In this document: one piece after another, positions 55,557 through 64,000 of the stretch
How positions within the stretch are numbered: position 1 is the stretch's first letter
How the letters are laid out: the number at the start of each line of letters is the position of its first letter
DNA from: Vicinamibacterales bacterium
Lineage (GTDB): Bacteria > Acidobacteriota > Vicinamibacteria > Vicinamibacterales > UBA8438
Reading direction: 5' to 3'
DNA length: 64,000 nt
Assembly (NCBI GenBank): GCA_965262555.1
Contig: OZ253543.1
Coordinates: 3,971,218 to 4,035,217 of the forward strand
Made by a program: the position numbers and the translations under genes
Notes under the pieces: model-generated
The model's database searches: none
What the model was told of the DNA's origin: nothing
The model's input: only the letters and a program-made list of their open reading frames with translations

Positions 55557-56787
55557 CTAGCCGCCGCAGGGCGGCGATCCGCTGGAGCACCGGCGGGTGC
55601 GAGTAACTCAGGAACACCGCCAACGGGTGCGGCGTCAGGTTGGTGAGGGTGTCGGCGGACAGCTTCTTGAGGGCGGTGATGAGCGGTTCGCCGCTGCCGG
55701 TGGTCTCTGCCGCGAACCGGTCGGCCTCGAACTCGTTGCGGCGGGAGAAGAGGTTGACGAGGACCGACAGCACCAGCTCGACGGGCGTGAAGAGCAGGCC
55801 GAAGAAGAGGAGGCCGGCATAGACCGACGGCTTGGTGACGTAGAACGCGGCGAACAGCCCCTCCTGCTCCAGGAAGAGCGACAGGATCCAGAGCATCGCG
55901 CCGAGGTGGGCGATCGACAGCGCCATTCCCTGCCAGACGTGCCGCTTCTTGTAGTGGCCCACCTCGTGCGCGACCACCGCCACCAGTTCCGGCACCGTGT
56001 ACTGCTCGACCAGCGTGTCGAACAGGCCGATCCGCTTGTGCCGGCCGAAGCCGGTGAAGAAGGCGTTCGCCTTGGACGACCGGCGCGATCCGTCGACGAC
56101 GAAGATGCCCCGCAGAGGAAACCGGGCGGAGCGGGCGTACTGCAGGATGGCGTCGTGGAGGTCTCCGGTGTCGAGCGGCGTGAACGTGTTGAACAGGGGC
56201 ATGATCCAGGTCGGCGCGACGAACTGAATCGCCAGCATGAAGACGGTGGCGGCGATCCAGCACCAGAGCCAGGCGAGCGGCCCCGCCCACTCGAAGAACC
56301 CGAGGATGATGGCGAGCAGCGCGCCCCCCAGGACGACGGCGAGCAGGACGCCCTTGAGGAGATCGGCCACGAATGTCGTCGGCGTCGTACGGTTGAACCC
56401 GTATCGCGCTTCGATGCCGAACGTGGAGTAGATGCGGAACGGCAGGCCGAGCAGCGTTGAGGCCACGCCGAGCCCGCCGATGTAGAGGAGGCCGGTGACG
56501 ACCGGGCCGCGATCCAGGCCGCGGAGTGCCTGATCGAGCCACTCGAAGCCGCCGGCGAACCAGAACAGCAGCACCACCGCCAGGTCGAACGCACCCCGGA
56601 TCAGGCCCAAGCGGGTCCGCGTCGCGGTGTAACGCTGCGCCTGGGCGTACGTGGCGTCGTCGAAGACGCCGGTGAACTCGGCCGGCAACGTTGGCGAAAA
56701 GGCGCGTGCGTTCAGGACGCCGGTGGCGACGCTGAGCACGTACTCGCCGACCAGGGCGACGAGAATAATGACGGCGAAGGTGTTCAT
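55504..56787 (-). CDS. M48-family (Ste24/HtpX-like) zinc metalloprotease, C-terminus supplied by a MITE
   Basis: [12 protein letters not shown] start at 56787. Multiple TM segments. [10 protein letters not shown] (HExxH), [13 protein letters not shown]. The ORF-track call 55504..58542 is an artefactual extension antisense to the fumarase gene. Confidence 0.85.
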   Translation of the reverse strand: MNTFAVIILVALVGEYVLSVATGVLNARAFSPTLPAEFTGVFDDATYAQAQRYTATRTRLGLIRGAFDLAVVLLFWFAGGFEWLDQALRGLDRGPVVTGLLYIGGLGVASTLLGLPFRIYSTFGIEARYGFNRTTPTTFVADLLKGVLLAVVLGGALLAIILGFFEWAGPLAWLWCWIAATVFMLAIQFVAPTWIMPLFNTFTPLDTGDLHDAILQYARSARFPLRGIFVVDGSRRSSKANAFFTGFGRHKRIGLFDTLVEQYTVPELVAVVAHEVGHYKKRHVWQGMALSIAHLGAMLWILSLFLEQEGLFAAFYVTKPSVYAGLLFFGLLFTPVELVLSVLVNLFSRRNEFEADRFAAETTGSGEPLITALKKLSADTLTNLTPHPLAVFLSYSHPPVLQRIAALRRLAARGETPRSTESGEAPA

Positions 56788-56856
56788 GTGTTCATTGTGC
56801 CGGCCTGGAGGCCGGCGCACCATGGCCCGGCCCCGCGAAACGGTAAGATCTTGGTG

Positions 56857-58497
56857 ATGGCCAGCTTCCATTATCAACCCATCTTCGAGCTCGGACCGGA
56901 CGAGACTCCGTACCGGCGCCTCGGGACCGACGGCGTGTCGACGGTGACGATGAACGGCCACGAGATGCTGACCGTAGACGCGGAGGTGCTGCGGAGCGTC
57001 GCGCGGCAGGCGTTCGACGACGTGTCGCACCTGCTGCGGCCGGCGCACCTGGCGCAGCTCCGCTCGATCCTCGACGACCCGGAGGCGTCGGGGAACGACA
57101 AGTTCGTCGCGCTCGAGCTGCTGCGGAACGCCAACATCGCCGCGGGCCGGGTGCTGCCCGGCTGCCAGGACACCGGAACGGCAATCGTCATGGGACACAA
57201 GGGCGAGCAGGTGCTCACCTTCGGCGACGACAGCGTCGCGCTGTCCCGCGGCATCTACGACGCCTACAACGAGCGCAACCTTCGCTACTCGCAACTCGCG
57301 CCCCTCGACATGTACACCGAGACGAACACTGGTTCGAACCTGCCGGCCCAGATCGAGATCTACGCCGAGCCGGGCGACGAATACGAACTGCTGTTCATCG
57401 CCAAGGGGGGCGGCTCGGCGAACAAGAGCTTCCTCTATCAGGAAACGAAGGCGCTGCTGAACCCGACGTCGATGCTCCGGTTCGTCGAGGAGAAGCTGAA
57501 GACGATCGGCACCTCCGCCTGCCCGCCGTACCACTTGGCCCTCGTCATCGGCGGCACCTCCGCCGAGTTCACGCTCAAGACGCTGAAGCTGGCGACGACG
57601 AAGTACCTCGACCGCCTGCCGACGTCCGGCAACGAGTACGGCCGCGCGTTCCGTGATGTCGACATGGAGCGGCAGGTGTTCGAGATCGCGCGGCAGATCG
57701 GCGTCGGCGCGCAGTTCGGCGGAAAGTACTTCGCGCACGATGTCCGCGTGATCCGCCTCCTGCGCCACGGCGCCTCCTGTCCGGTCGGCCTCGGCGTCTC
57801 CTGCTCGGCCGATCGGCAGGCGATCGCGAAGATCACGCGCGACGGCATCTTCCTCGAACAGCTCGAGGAGAACCCGGCGACGTACCTGCCGGATGTGACC
57901 GACGAGGAATTGCCGAGCGACGTCGTTCGGATCGACCTGAACCGACCGATGCCGGAGATCCTGGGTGAGCTGACCCGGTACCCCGTCGCCACCCGTCTGT
58001 CGCTGACGGGGCCGATGGTGGTGGCGCGCGACCTCGCGCACGCGAAGCTGAAGGAGCGGCTCGATGCGGGCGAGGCGCTCCCCGCGCACATGCGCGACTA
58101 CATGGTCTACTACGCCGGCCCGGCAAAGAAGCCGGAGGGCCGTCCGTCGGGCTCGTTCGGTCCGACCACGGCGGGCCGGATGGACGCCTACGTCGATTTG
58201 TTGCAGTCGCACGGCGGCAGCATGGTGATGCTGGCGAAGGGGAACCGCTCGCCGCAGGTCACCGAGGCGTGCCGGCGCCATGGCGGCTTCTACCTCGGCT
58301 CGATCGGCGGTCCGGCGGCACGCCTGGCCGACCACAGCATCCGGAAGGTGGAGGTGCTCGAGTACCCCGAGCTGGGGATGGAGGCGATCTGGAGAATCGA
58401 GGTCAACGATTTCCCGGCCTTTATCGTCACAGATGACAAGGGAAACGACTTCTACACGCAACTGCTGGCTGCGAAGCCGGCGACGTTGATCCGATAG
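56857..58497 (+). CDS. fumA: class I (Fe-S) fumarate hydratase
   Basis: [10 protein letters not shown]..., [77 protein letters not shown] and GPAKKPEG...GPTTAGRMD closely track remembered E. coli FumA. Confidence 0.9.
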   Translation: MASFHYQPIFELGPDETPYRRLGTDGVSTVTMNGHEMLTVDAEVLRSVARQAFDDVSHLLRPAHLAQLRSILDDPEASGNDKFVALELLRNANIAAGRVLPGCQDTGTAIVMGHKGEQVLTFGDDSVALSRGIYDAYNERNLRYSQLAPLDMYTETNTGSNLPAQIEIYAEPGDEYELLFIAKGGGSANKSFLYQETKALLNPTSMLRFVEEKLKTIGTSACPPYHLALVIGGTSAEFTLKTLKLATTKYLDRLPTSGNEYGRAFRDVDMERQVFEIARQIGVGAQFGGKYFAHDVRVIRLLRHGASCPVGLGVSCSADRQAIAKITRDGIFLEQLEENPATYLPDVTDEELPSDVVRIDLNRPMPEILGELTRYPVATRLSLTGPMVVARDLAHAKLKERLDAGEALPAHMRDYMVYYAGPAKKPEGRPSGSFGPTTAGRMDAYVDLLQSHGGSMVMLAKGNRSPQVTEACRRHGGFYLGSIGGPAARLADHSIRKVEVLEYPELGMEAIWRIEVNDFPAFIVTDDKGNDFYTQLLAAKPATLIR

Positions 58498-58563
58498 CGA
58501 CGTTCGATCCAAACTGATAGGTTCGCGGCAGGCCGTTTTCACAGATCACCCAGGGAGGCAGAC

Positions 58564-59196
58564 ATGCGGAACGTGCTGATCGGCGCGGCGGTGGCGGGGT
58601 TGGCGGCGATGGCGGTTCCTGTTGTCGGCGCGCAGGAGGGGGGCAACGAGGCTCCCGGTTGGGAAGCCAGGCTTGATCGGGAGGGGGACATCAACAGCGT
58701 GCTCCACTTCCGGCCGATGGACACCGGCGTGCATGCGACCACCGGCGGCCGCGGGTTCGCCATCTTCTGGCGGCCGGGGTCCAGCGGGTCAGGGGACTTC
58801 AGCGTCAGTGCCACGTTTACGCAGATGGAGCCTTCGGGTCACGCGAATGCGTACGGGCTGTTCTGGGGTGGCTCCAACCTGCAGGCCGACAACCAGCAGT
58901 ACTCGTACTTCATGCTGCGCCAGGGCGGCGAGTACCTGATCAAGAAGCGGATGGGCGAGGACCTCCCGACCTTGGTCGACTGGACCGCCCACGACGCCGT
59001 CAACGACCTGGACGCGAACGGCTCGTCAACGAACACGCTCGAGGTCGAGTTCAGGGGCGACAGCGTGCGTTTTCTCGTCAACAACACGGAAGTGGCGACG
59101 CAGTCGCGGTCCGCGGTCGATTCCGACGGCATCGCCGGCCTGCGGGTGACGCACCTGCTGGATCTGCACATCAGCGATCTCAGTCTCGGCAACTAG
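58564..59196 (+). CDS. secreted hypothetical protein (jelly-roll / DUF1080-like suspected)
   Basis: RBS GGGAGG. Signal peptide. YGLFWGG...YSYFMLRQGGEYLIKK...LEVEFRGDSVRFLVNN pattern. Confidence 0.55.
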   Translation: MRNVLIGAAVAGLAAMAVPVVGAQEGGNEAPGWEARLDREGDINSVLHFRPMDTGVHATTGGRGFAIFWRPGSSGSGDFSVSATFTQMEPSGHANAYGLFWGGSNLQADNQQYSYFMLRQGGEYLIKKRMGEDLPTLVDWTAHDAVNDLDANGSSTNTLEVEFRGDSVRFLVNNTEVATQSRSAVDSDGIAGLRVTHLLDLHISDLSLGN

Positions 59197-59230
59197 ACGC
59201 GCATCGGTTAACACTCGAAGGGGGAAGAGC

Positions 59231-59863
59231 ATGCGGGCAGTGAAGATCGTCGGCGTCGCTGCGGTGGTCGTGGCGGCAGGCATGATGGCAAGCCTGGTCG
59301 AGGCGCAGAACCGGCCACCCAGCACGCGGGGACACACCGCCACGCAGCTCGGCGGCGCCTACAACGACGAGGGGCGCTTCGAGGGTGGCTCCTGGATCGA
59401 CATCCACTACGGCCGGCCGATTCTGCGGGGGCGGGACGGTATCTTCGGCGAGGGGGACGAGTTCGGCCAGGGCATCTATGCCGGTGCGCCCATCTGGCGC
59501 GTTGGCGCGGATCAGACGACCACCTTCACCACCGAAGCAGATCTCCTGATCGGCGGGCAGCGTCTCGCGGCGGGCGAATACACGATGTTCGCCGATCTGG
59601 CGAACCCGACCGCGTGGGAGCTGATCTTCACCACCTGGGGAGTCAAGCAGGCCTTCCGCGAGGACAACCCGAACGCGCTGTGGGGCGCCTACGGCTACGA
59701 CGATAGCAAGGACGTGATGCGGACGACATTGAGCGTCGACACGGCGAACGACCGCGCCGATCAACTGATCGTCGGCTTCCGCAACATGAACCAGCAGGGC
59801 GGCGAGCTGTACATCTACTGGGACAACCAGTTCGCGACGGTCCCAATCCAGGTTGCCAACTAG
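59231..59863 (+). CDS. DUF2911-like secreted protein
   Basis: Signal peptide. PIWRVGADQTTTFTTEADLLIGGQRLAAGEYTMFA is typical of DUF2911. Confidence 0.65.
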   Translation: MRAVKIVGVAAVVVAAGMMASLVEAQNRPPSTRGHTATQLGGAYNDEGRFEGGSWIDIHYGRPILRGRDGIFGEGDEFGQGIYAGAPIWRVGADQTTTFTTEADLLIGGQRLAAGEYTMFADLANPTAWELIFTTWGVKQAFREDNPNALWGAYGYDDSKDVMRTTLSVDTANDRADQLIVGFRNMNQQGGELYIYWDNQFATVPIQVAN

Positions 59864-59943
59864 CTGACCGTCCCGACCGCAGGTGCGCCGGTTTGTCAGC
59901 CGCGGCTGGGCAGCCGGCGCACCAGGCCCGTACGGCTCCCCCG

Positions 59944-61500
59944 ATGACGCCGGCGCCGACTCCCTTCACCCATCGGCAGATTCTTGTCGTCTTCTCCGGC
60001 CTCATGGCCGGCATGTTCCTCGCGGCGCTCGATCAGACGATCGTGTCCACCGCGCTCCCCACGATCGTGGGCGAGCTGGGCGGCCTCGAGTACTACTCGT
60101 GGGTGGTGACGGCGTACCTGCTGACCGGCACCATTACGCCGCCGCTGTTCGGCAAGCTGGGCGACATCTATGGCAGGCCGGTCACCTTCCAGGTGGCGGT
60201 GGTGATTTTCCTGCTCGGGTCACTGCTGGCCGGCCTCGCGCCCGGGATGGTCGAGCTGGTGCTGGCGCGCGGCGTGCAGGGCGTCGGCGCCGGCGGCCTC
60301 ATCACGCTGACATTCGCCGTCATCGGCGACATCGTGTCGCCGCGGCAGCGCGGGCGCTACATCGGGCTGATGGCGAGCACCTGGGGGATCGCGAGCGTCG
60401 TCGGACCGCTCGCGGGGGGGTTCATTGTCGACAACGTGTCGTGGCGCTGGGTCTTCCTGATCAACCTGCCGGTCGGCGCGGCGGCGCTCGCCATTATCGC
60501 GATCGTGCTCAAGCTTCCACCGACGCATAAGCCGGCGAAGCTCGACGTCGGCGGCGCCGTCCTGCTGATGGCGGGCGTCAGCCTGCTGCTGCTGGCGCTC
60601 GTGCAGATCGAGCAGGATGGACCGGCGGCGTGGCGCACGGCGTCGTTCCTCGGATCGGCCGCGGCCGGCGCGGCGCTGCTTGTCGGGTTCGTCGCGTGGG
60701 AGGCGTGGGTCGAAGAGCCGCTGCTGCCCCTCCGGCTGTTCCGGTTGCCGATCTTCCTGGTCGGCTCGGCGATCAGCCTGACCCTCGGCAGCGTGTTCTT
60801 CGGCACCGTGATCTTCCTGCCCCTGTTCCTGCAGGTGGTGACCGGCGTGTCGGCGACCAACTCCGGCCTGTTGCTGCTGCCGCTCACCGCCGGCATGGTG
60901 ACCGGATCCGCCGGCTCCGGCCGGCTGACCGCGGCGACCGGACGCTACCGGATCTATCCGATCGCAGGGAGTATCTGCGCCCTGATCGGTATGGCGCTCC
61001 TGAGCGTCATGTCCAGCGGCACGTCCATCCTCGTGATCTCGCTGTCGATGCTGCTGCTGGGCCTCGGGTTCGGCATGGTGCTGCAGGTGTCGCTGCTCGC
61101 CGTACAGAACGTCGCGCCGCACAGCGACCTGGGCGTGGCGACATCGTCAACGCAGTTCTTTCGCTCGATGGGCGGGTCGTTCGGCGTCGCCATCTTCGGC
61201 GCCATCCTGAACGTCCGCCTCGCCGACGAACTGCCGGCGCGTCTGCCCGCGGCGGTGGTCGCGGAGACGGCGGGCGAGGTCACGCAGTTTCTTCAGAGCC
61301 CGGCCGCTATCCGCGCGCTGCCTCCCGCCATCGGAACCGCTGTGAGTTCCGCCCTGGAGGTCTCGATTCAGACGGTCTTCCTCGTCGCCGTCCCAATCGC
61401 CGCCGTCGGCGTCGTCCTCGCGTTCCTTCTGCAGGAGATCCCGCTGCGCGACACGGTCGGCGCCGAGACCGCGGCCGGAGAAGGCACGCCGGCCGGATGA
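59944..61500 (+). CDS. MFS transporter, DHA2 (EmrB/QacA, 14-TMS) type
   Basis: ATG 59944. LAALDQTIVSTALPTI, GKLGDIYGRP, and about 14 hydrophobic segments. Confidence 0.85.
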   Translation: MTPAPTPFTHRQILVVFSGLMAGMFLAALDQTIVSTALPTIVGELGGLEYYSWVVTAYLLTGTITPPLFGKLGDIYGRPVTFQVAVVIFLLGSLLAGLAPGMVELVLARGVQGVGAGGLITLTFAVIGDIVSPRQRGRYIGLMASTWGIASVVGPLAGGFIVDNVSWRWVFLINLPVGAAALAIIAIVLKLPPTHKPAKLDVGGAVLLMAGVSLLLLALVQIEQDGPAAWRTASFLGSAAAGAALLVGFVAWEAWVEEPLLPLRLFRLPIFLVGSAISLTLGSVFFGTVIFLPLFLQVVTGVSATNSGLLLLPLTAGMVTGSAGSGRLTAATGRYRIYPIAGSICALIGMALLSVMSSGTSILVISLSMLLLGLGFGMVLQVSLLAVQNVAPHSDLGVATSSTQFFRSMGGSFGVAIFGAILNVRLADELPARLPAAVVAETAGEVTQFLQSPAAIRALPPAIGTAVSSALEVSIQTVFLVAVPIAAVGVVLAFLLQEIPLRDTVGAETAAGEGTPAG

Positions 61501-61542
61501 GGCGCGCCGCGATGAACGCAGAATTCGCCTAGTCTCAGCAAC

Positions 61543-61699
61543 CTGCCATAAGCTCAACGATGTACCACGTTATCTGAGACATACCATAAATGGATTAATA
61601 TCCCATATGTGTAGCGGATGCCAGTCATAGGAATAGTTACCATATTCTAAGACTCCTGCCATATCGTGAGGATCTCCCAGGCTTGGCGAATCTGCCATA
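61543..61699. repeat. array of six CCATA(A/T) motifs (three as CTGCCATA) in an AT-rich spacer
   Basis: CCATA at 61546, 61584, 61603, 61640, 61659 and 61695, giving alternating spacings of 38/19/37/19/36 nt. CTGCCATA at 61543, 61656 and 61692. Confidence 0.5.
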
Positions 61700-61883
61700 T
61701 GCCGGAAGGCGCCGCGTCGCATATCCCGCCGCGAGACGATCGGTTCGGAAGGTACGGGATCGGGCCCGGATCGGACAGCATTCCCAGGTCTGGGACGGAG
61801 CAGTTGGGCGACACCACCGGTCGTCTGACGGCGCTCACCGGCGTTTAGCGCGTCGGGCCGCCGTTCCGAAGGGAGGCAAGATC

Positions 61884-62402
61884 GTGCCGAAGTGTCCTTC
61901 GTGCAACAACGAGGTCGTGCCGGGTACGCGGTAGTGCCGGATCTGCTACGCCAACGTCGTCAGTCCGCAAGCGGGTCGCCTGGCGGCGCCCATCAAGCGG
62001 CTGGGCGCGCATCTGCTGGACCTGGCCATTCCTCTGTTCGTGTTTGCCACGGTCCTCATGCCGGTGCTGATGGGCGTTGCGCTCACCAGCGCCGCGGGTG
62101 ACGAGGCGAGTGCCGTCGGCGCCGGACTTGGCGGCCTGCTCGGTCTTGCGATCCTGTCCGCCTACATCGTCTGGGCGTTGCTGCTCTTCTCGCGAGGCAC
62201 GACACCCGGGAAATTCCTGCTGGGCATGCGCGTGGTCAAGGAAGACGGGAGCAACGCGGGGCTCCTGACGATGCTGATCCGCGAATGGGTGGGAAAGTGG
62301 ATCTCCGGCTTCATCTTCGCGCTCGGGTTTCTGTGGATTCTGATCGATCAGGACAGGCAGGGCTGGCACGACAAGCTCATGAGCACGTATGTGGTGAATT
62401 AG
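61884..62402 (+). pseudogene. RDD-family membrane protein with N-terminal zinc ribbon, interrupted by in-frame TAG (61932-61934)
   Basis: GTG 61884 after GGGAGG. VPKCPSCNNEVVPGTR*CRICYANV...KRLGAHLLDLAIPLFV...TPGKFLLGMRVVKEDG...GWHDKLMSTYVV. No ATG/GTG/TTG occurs between the TAG and 62040. Confidence 0.65.
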
Positions 62403-62573
62403 CACTCGGCGATACGGTGCGGCGGCAGCGGCTGCGCTCGCTGATCGTCTGGACGGCGGCGGGCCTTGCCGCCGCGGCGCCGGCCGACTCACCCGTCGAC
62501 TTTCTCTAGGTCGACACAGAGGCGCAACATCAACGGAATCAGAAAGTTGCGCTGATCCAGTTGACGCGGTCGA

Positions 62574-64000
62574 CTACTCCGACGGCATCCGGCAGGTGAA
62601 GTTCGTGGCGTCGTCGGTGCTGCCGCTGCCGCTGTAGACCGCCTGCTCGGGATACGGGCAGAGGGGGCGGGTGCGGTCGACTTGGCCGTCGCGCGGGCGC
62701 TCGGCCAGGACGGAGGTGGGAGCCGTGCCCTCCTCCACCCAGGTTTCGAGCGCGGTCAGCATGTCGAAGCGGCTGGGGCCGTTGCCGCCGCCGCAGTGGC
62801 CCATCCCGGGGGCCATGAAGAGGCGGTAGTTGTCATGCACGGCGTCCCGGCCGCCCAGCGTGCCGAGGACGCGGCTGTAGTACTGCGTCGCGTTCGCCGG
62901 CGAGATCTGCGGGTCGGCCCAGCCGTGGTAGGCGATCAGCTTGCCGCCCTGGTCGAAGAAGGGCTGCAGGTTCGGGTCGATCGCGTTCAGCGTGTCGTTG
63001 TCCACCTCCTCGGCGCGGACGATGTCGGTCTCGAAATTGAACCGGTCGATCGTCCAGTCCGGGTCGGCGAACGTCAGGTAGCGGAACTGCTCGAGACCGG
63101 TGCTGCGGGCTGACTGCGTCCAGCCCAGGTCGGTCCAGCCCAGCTCGCTGCCGGGCAGCAGCCCGGTGATCGGCCGGCCCGTCGCCGGGTTCTCGGGCGA
63201 GGCGTAGAGCATCCGGACCGCGTTCACCTGCGGCGGGGTGAGACACCCGTCGCTGCCCGAGCCCTGGCACGCCAGCGCGCCCGGATCGAAGTCGCAGCGT
63301 TCCGGATCTCCCACGACGCCGTCCTCCACGCCGTCGGCCGCATCGCACGCCGCCAGCACGGCGTCGTGGACGAGCTGGCGTGTCGCCTCCGGCAACTGCA
63401 TCGCCGGATCAGCCTCGAGCGGCTTCGCGACCCGAAGCGCCCCCCCGGCGCGGTCGGTCCAGGCGTTGCCCGGCGCACCGGCAACGATGCCGTCGAAGTC
63501 GTCGGGGAAGCGCTGCGCCGCCTTCATCGCCTGGCGGCCGCCGGCCGAGCAGCCGACCCAGTACGAGTAGCGGGGCGCCTCGTCGTAGTACGCCTCGATC
63601 AGCGCCTTCGAGACGTCCGACATCTCGTGTACCGCACGCCAGCCGAAGTCGATCACCTTCTCCGGGTGGCCGAGGCCGAAGCTGGCGGTGTTTCCTTCGT
63701 GGCCGGTGTCGGTGGAACTGCCGGCGTAGCCGCGCGCGAGCGCCTGCGCCAGCGAGTTGTGGCGGATCGATCCGGTGAACGCGCCGTTGCCGACCGCCTG
63801 GTACTTGCCGTTCCAGTCGTCCGCGTCGGCGGGGAGCCAGACCTCCACGTTGATGTCGGAATCGCTCGACGGCGTGAGCGTCGCCAGGACACGGCAGAAG
63901 GCGGGCAGCGCGGCGTACATGTCCGCGCCGCGGCCGCCGCCGCCCGGCGGCATGAAGACGCCGGCCGCGACCACCTCCGCGCCGGTGATCCCGGTGTTCG
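62574..64000 (-). CDS. tannase / feruloyl esterase family alpha/beta hydrolase (5' end outside window)
   Basis: GCSAGGRQ nucleophile elbow, AYHGWADP, GMGHCGGG, C-terminal RPLCPYPEQAVYSGSGSTDDATNFTC. The frame stays open upstream of 63974 to the window edge. Confidence 0.8.
   Translation of the reverse strand, partial: NTGITGAEVVAAGVFMPPGGGGRGADMYAALPAFCRVLATLTPSSDSDINVEVWLPADADDWNGKYQAVGNGAFTGSIRHNSLAQALARGYAGSSTDTGHEGNTASFGLGHPEKVIDFGWRAVHEMSDVSKALIEAYYDEAPRYSYWVGCSAGGRQAMKAAQRFPDDFDGIVAGAPGNAWTDRAGGALRVAKPLEADPAMQLPEATRQLVHDAVLAACDAADGVEDGVVGDPERCDFDPGALACQGSGSDGCLTPPQVNAVRMLYASPENPATGRPITGLLPGSELGWTDLGWTQSARSTGLEQFRYLTFADPDWTIDRFNFETDIVRAEEVDNDTLNAIDPNLQPFFDQGGKLIAYHGWADPQISPANATQYYSRVLGTLGGRDAVHDNYRLFMAPGMGHCGGGNGPSRFDMLTALETWVEEGTAPTSVLAERPRDGQVDRTRPLCPYPEQAVYSGSGSTDDATNFTCRMPSE

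Noticed and set aside
55504-58542. A 1012-aa minus-strand ORF that looks like a giant protein.
   Set aside because: Only its last 427 codons (55504..56787) are the M48 protease. The upstream two-thirds are antisense to the well-supported class I fumarase gene and have a shadow-ORF composition.

Overview
This is a high-GC chromosomal segment, roughly two-thirds G+C by eye. It comes from a diderm bacterium: it has an outer-membrane-type protein ending in YTHRF and many Sec, Tat and lipoprotein signals. The taxon cannot be fixed from sequence alone. Positions 1-26.4 kb and 47.5-64 kb look like ordinary core DNA. They carry two NHL-repeat proteins, a PQQ dehydrogenase, hflX and a leucine-catabolism cluster (acyl-CoA dehydrogenase, MCCase beta, biotin carboxylase, separate BCCP). 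They also carry many secreted alpha/beta hydrolases and amidohydrolases, a phosphotriesterase-family enzyme, a class I fumarase, an M48 protease, an EamA exporter, an MFS exporter and a tannase-family esterase. Positions about 26.45-47.5 kb are a mosaic, IS-riddled accessory island with decayed mobility genes at both edges: an IS3 remnant on the left, and VapC/PIN and tyrosine-integrase 3' fragments on the right. The island holds a GmrSD-type (DUF262/DUF1524) type IV restriction gene in a visibly lower-GC block, an intact IS5/IS1182-like element, an IS66-family transposase and two further IS remnants. Most notably, it holds two divergent copies of a pair made of a three-Cys Gp37/Gp68 (DUF5131) protein and a TcmP partner protein. 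Each pair is followed by a large SF1 helicase of a different family. One is a RelE-fold::UvrD-like helicase; the other is a Cas4-like nuclease + RNaseH-like + Upf1/Dna2-like helicase. One pair is preceded by a 5'-truncated N6/N4 DNA methyltransferase. I regard this repeated trio as the best candidate for an undescribed nucleic-acid modification/defence module. Other findings: a 158-bp MITE family derived from the intact IS, with one copy rewriting the C-terminus of the M48 protease; a chimeric TlpA-like/tannase-tail pseudogene; an RDD-family gene with an in-frame amber codon; and a phased CCATA repeat array in an AT-rich spacer. No rRNA, tRNA or CRISPR array was seen. All family assignments come from motif recognition by eye; no searches were run.
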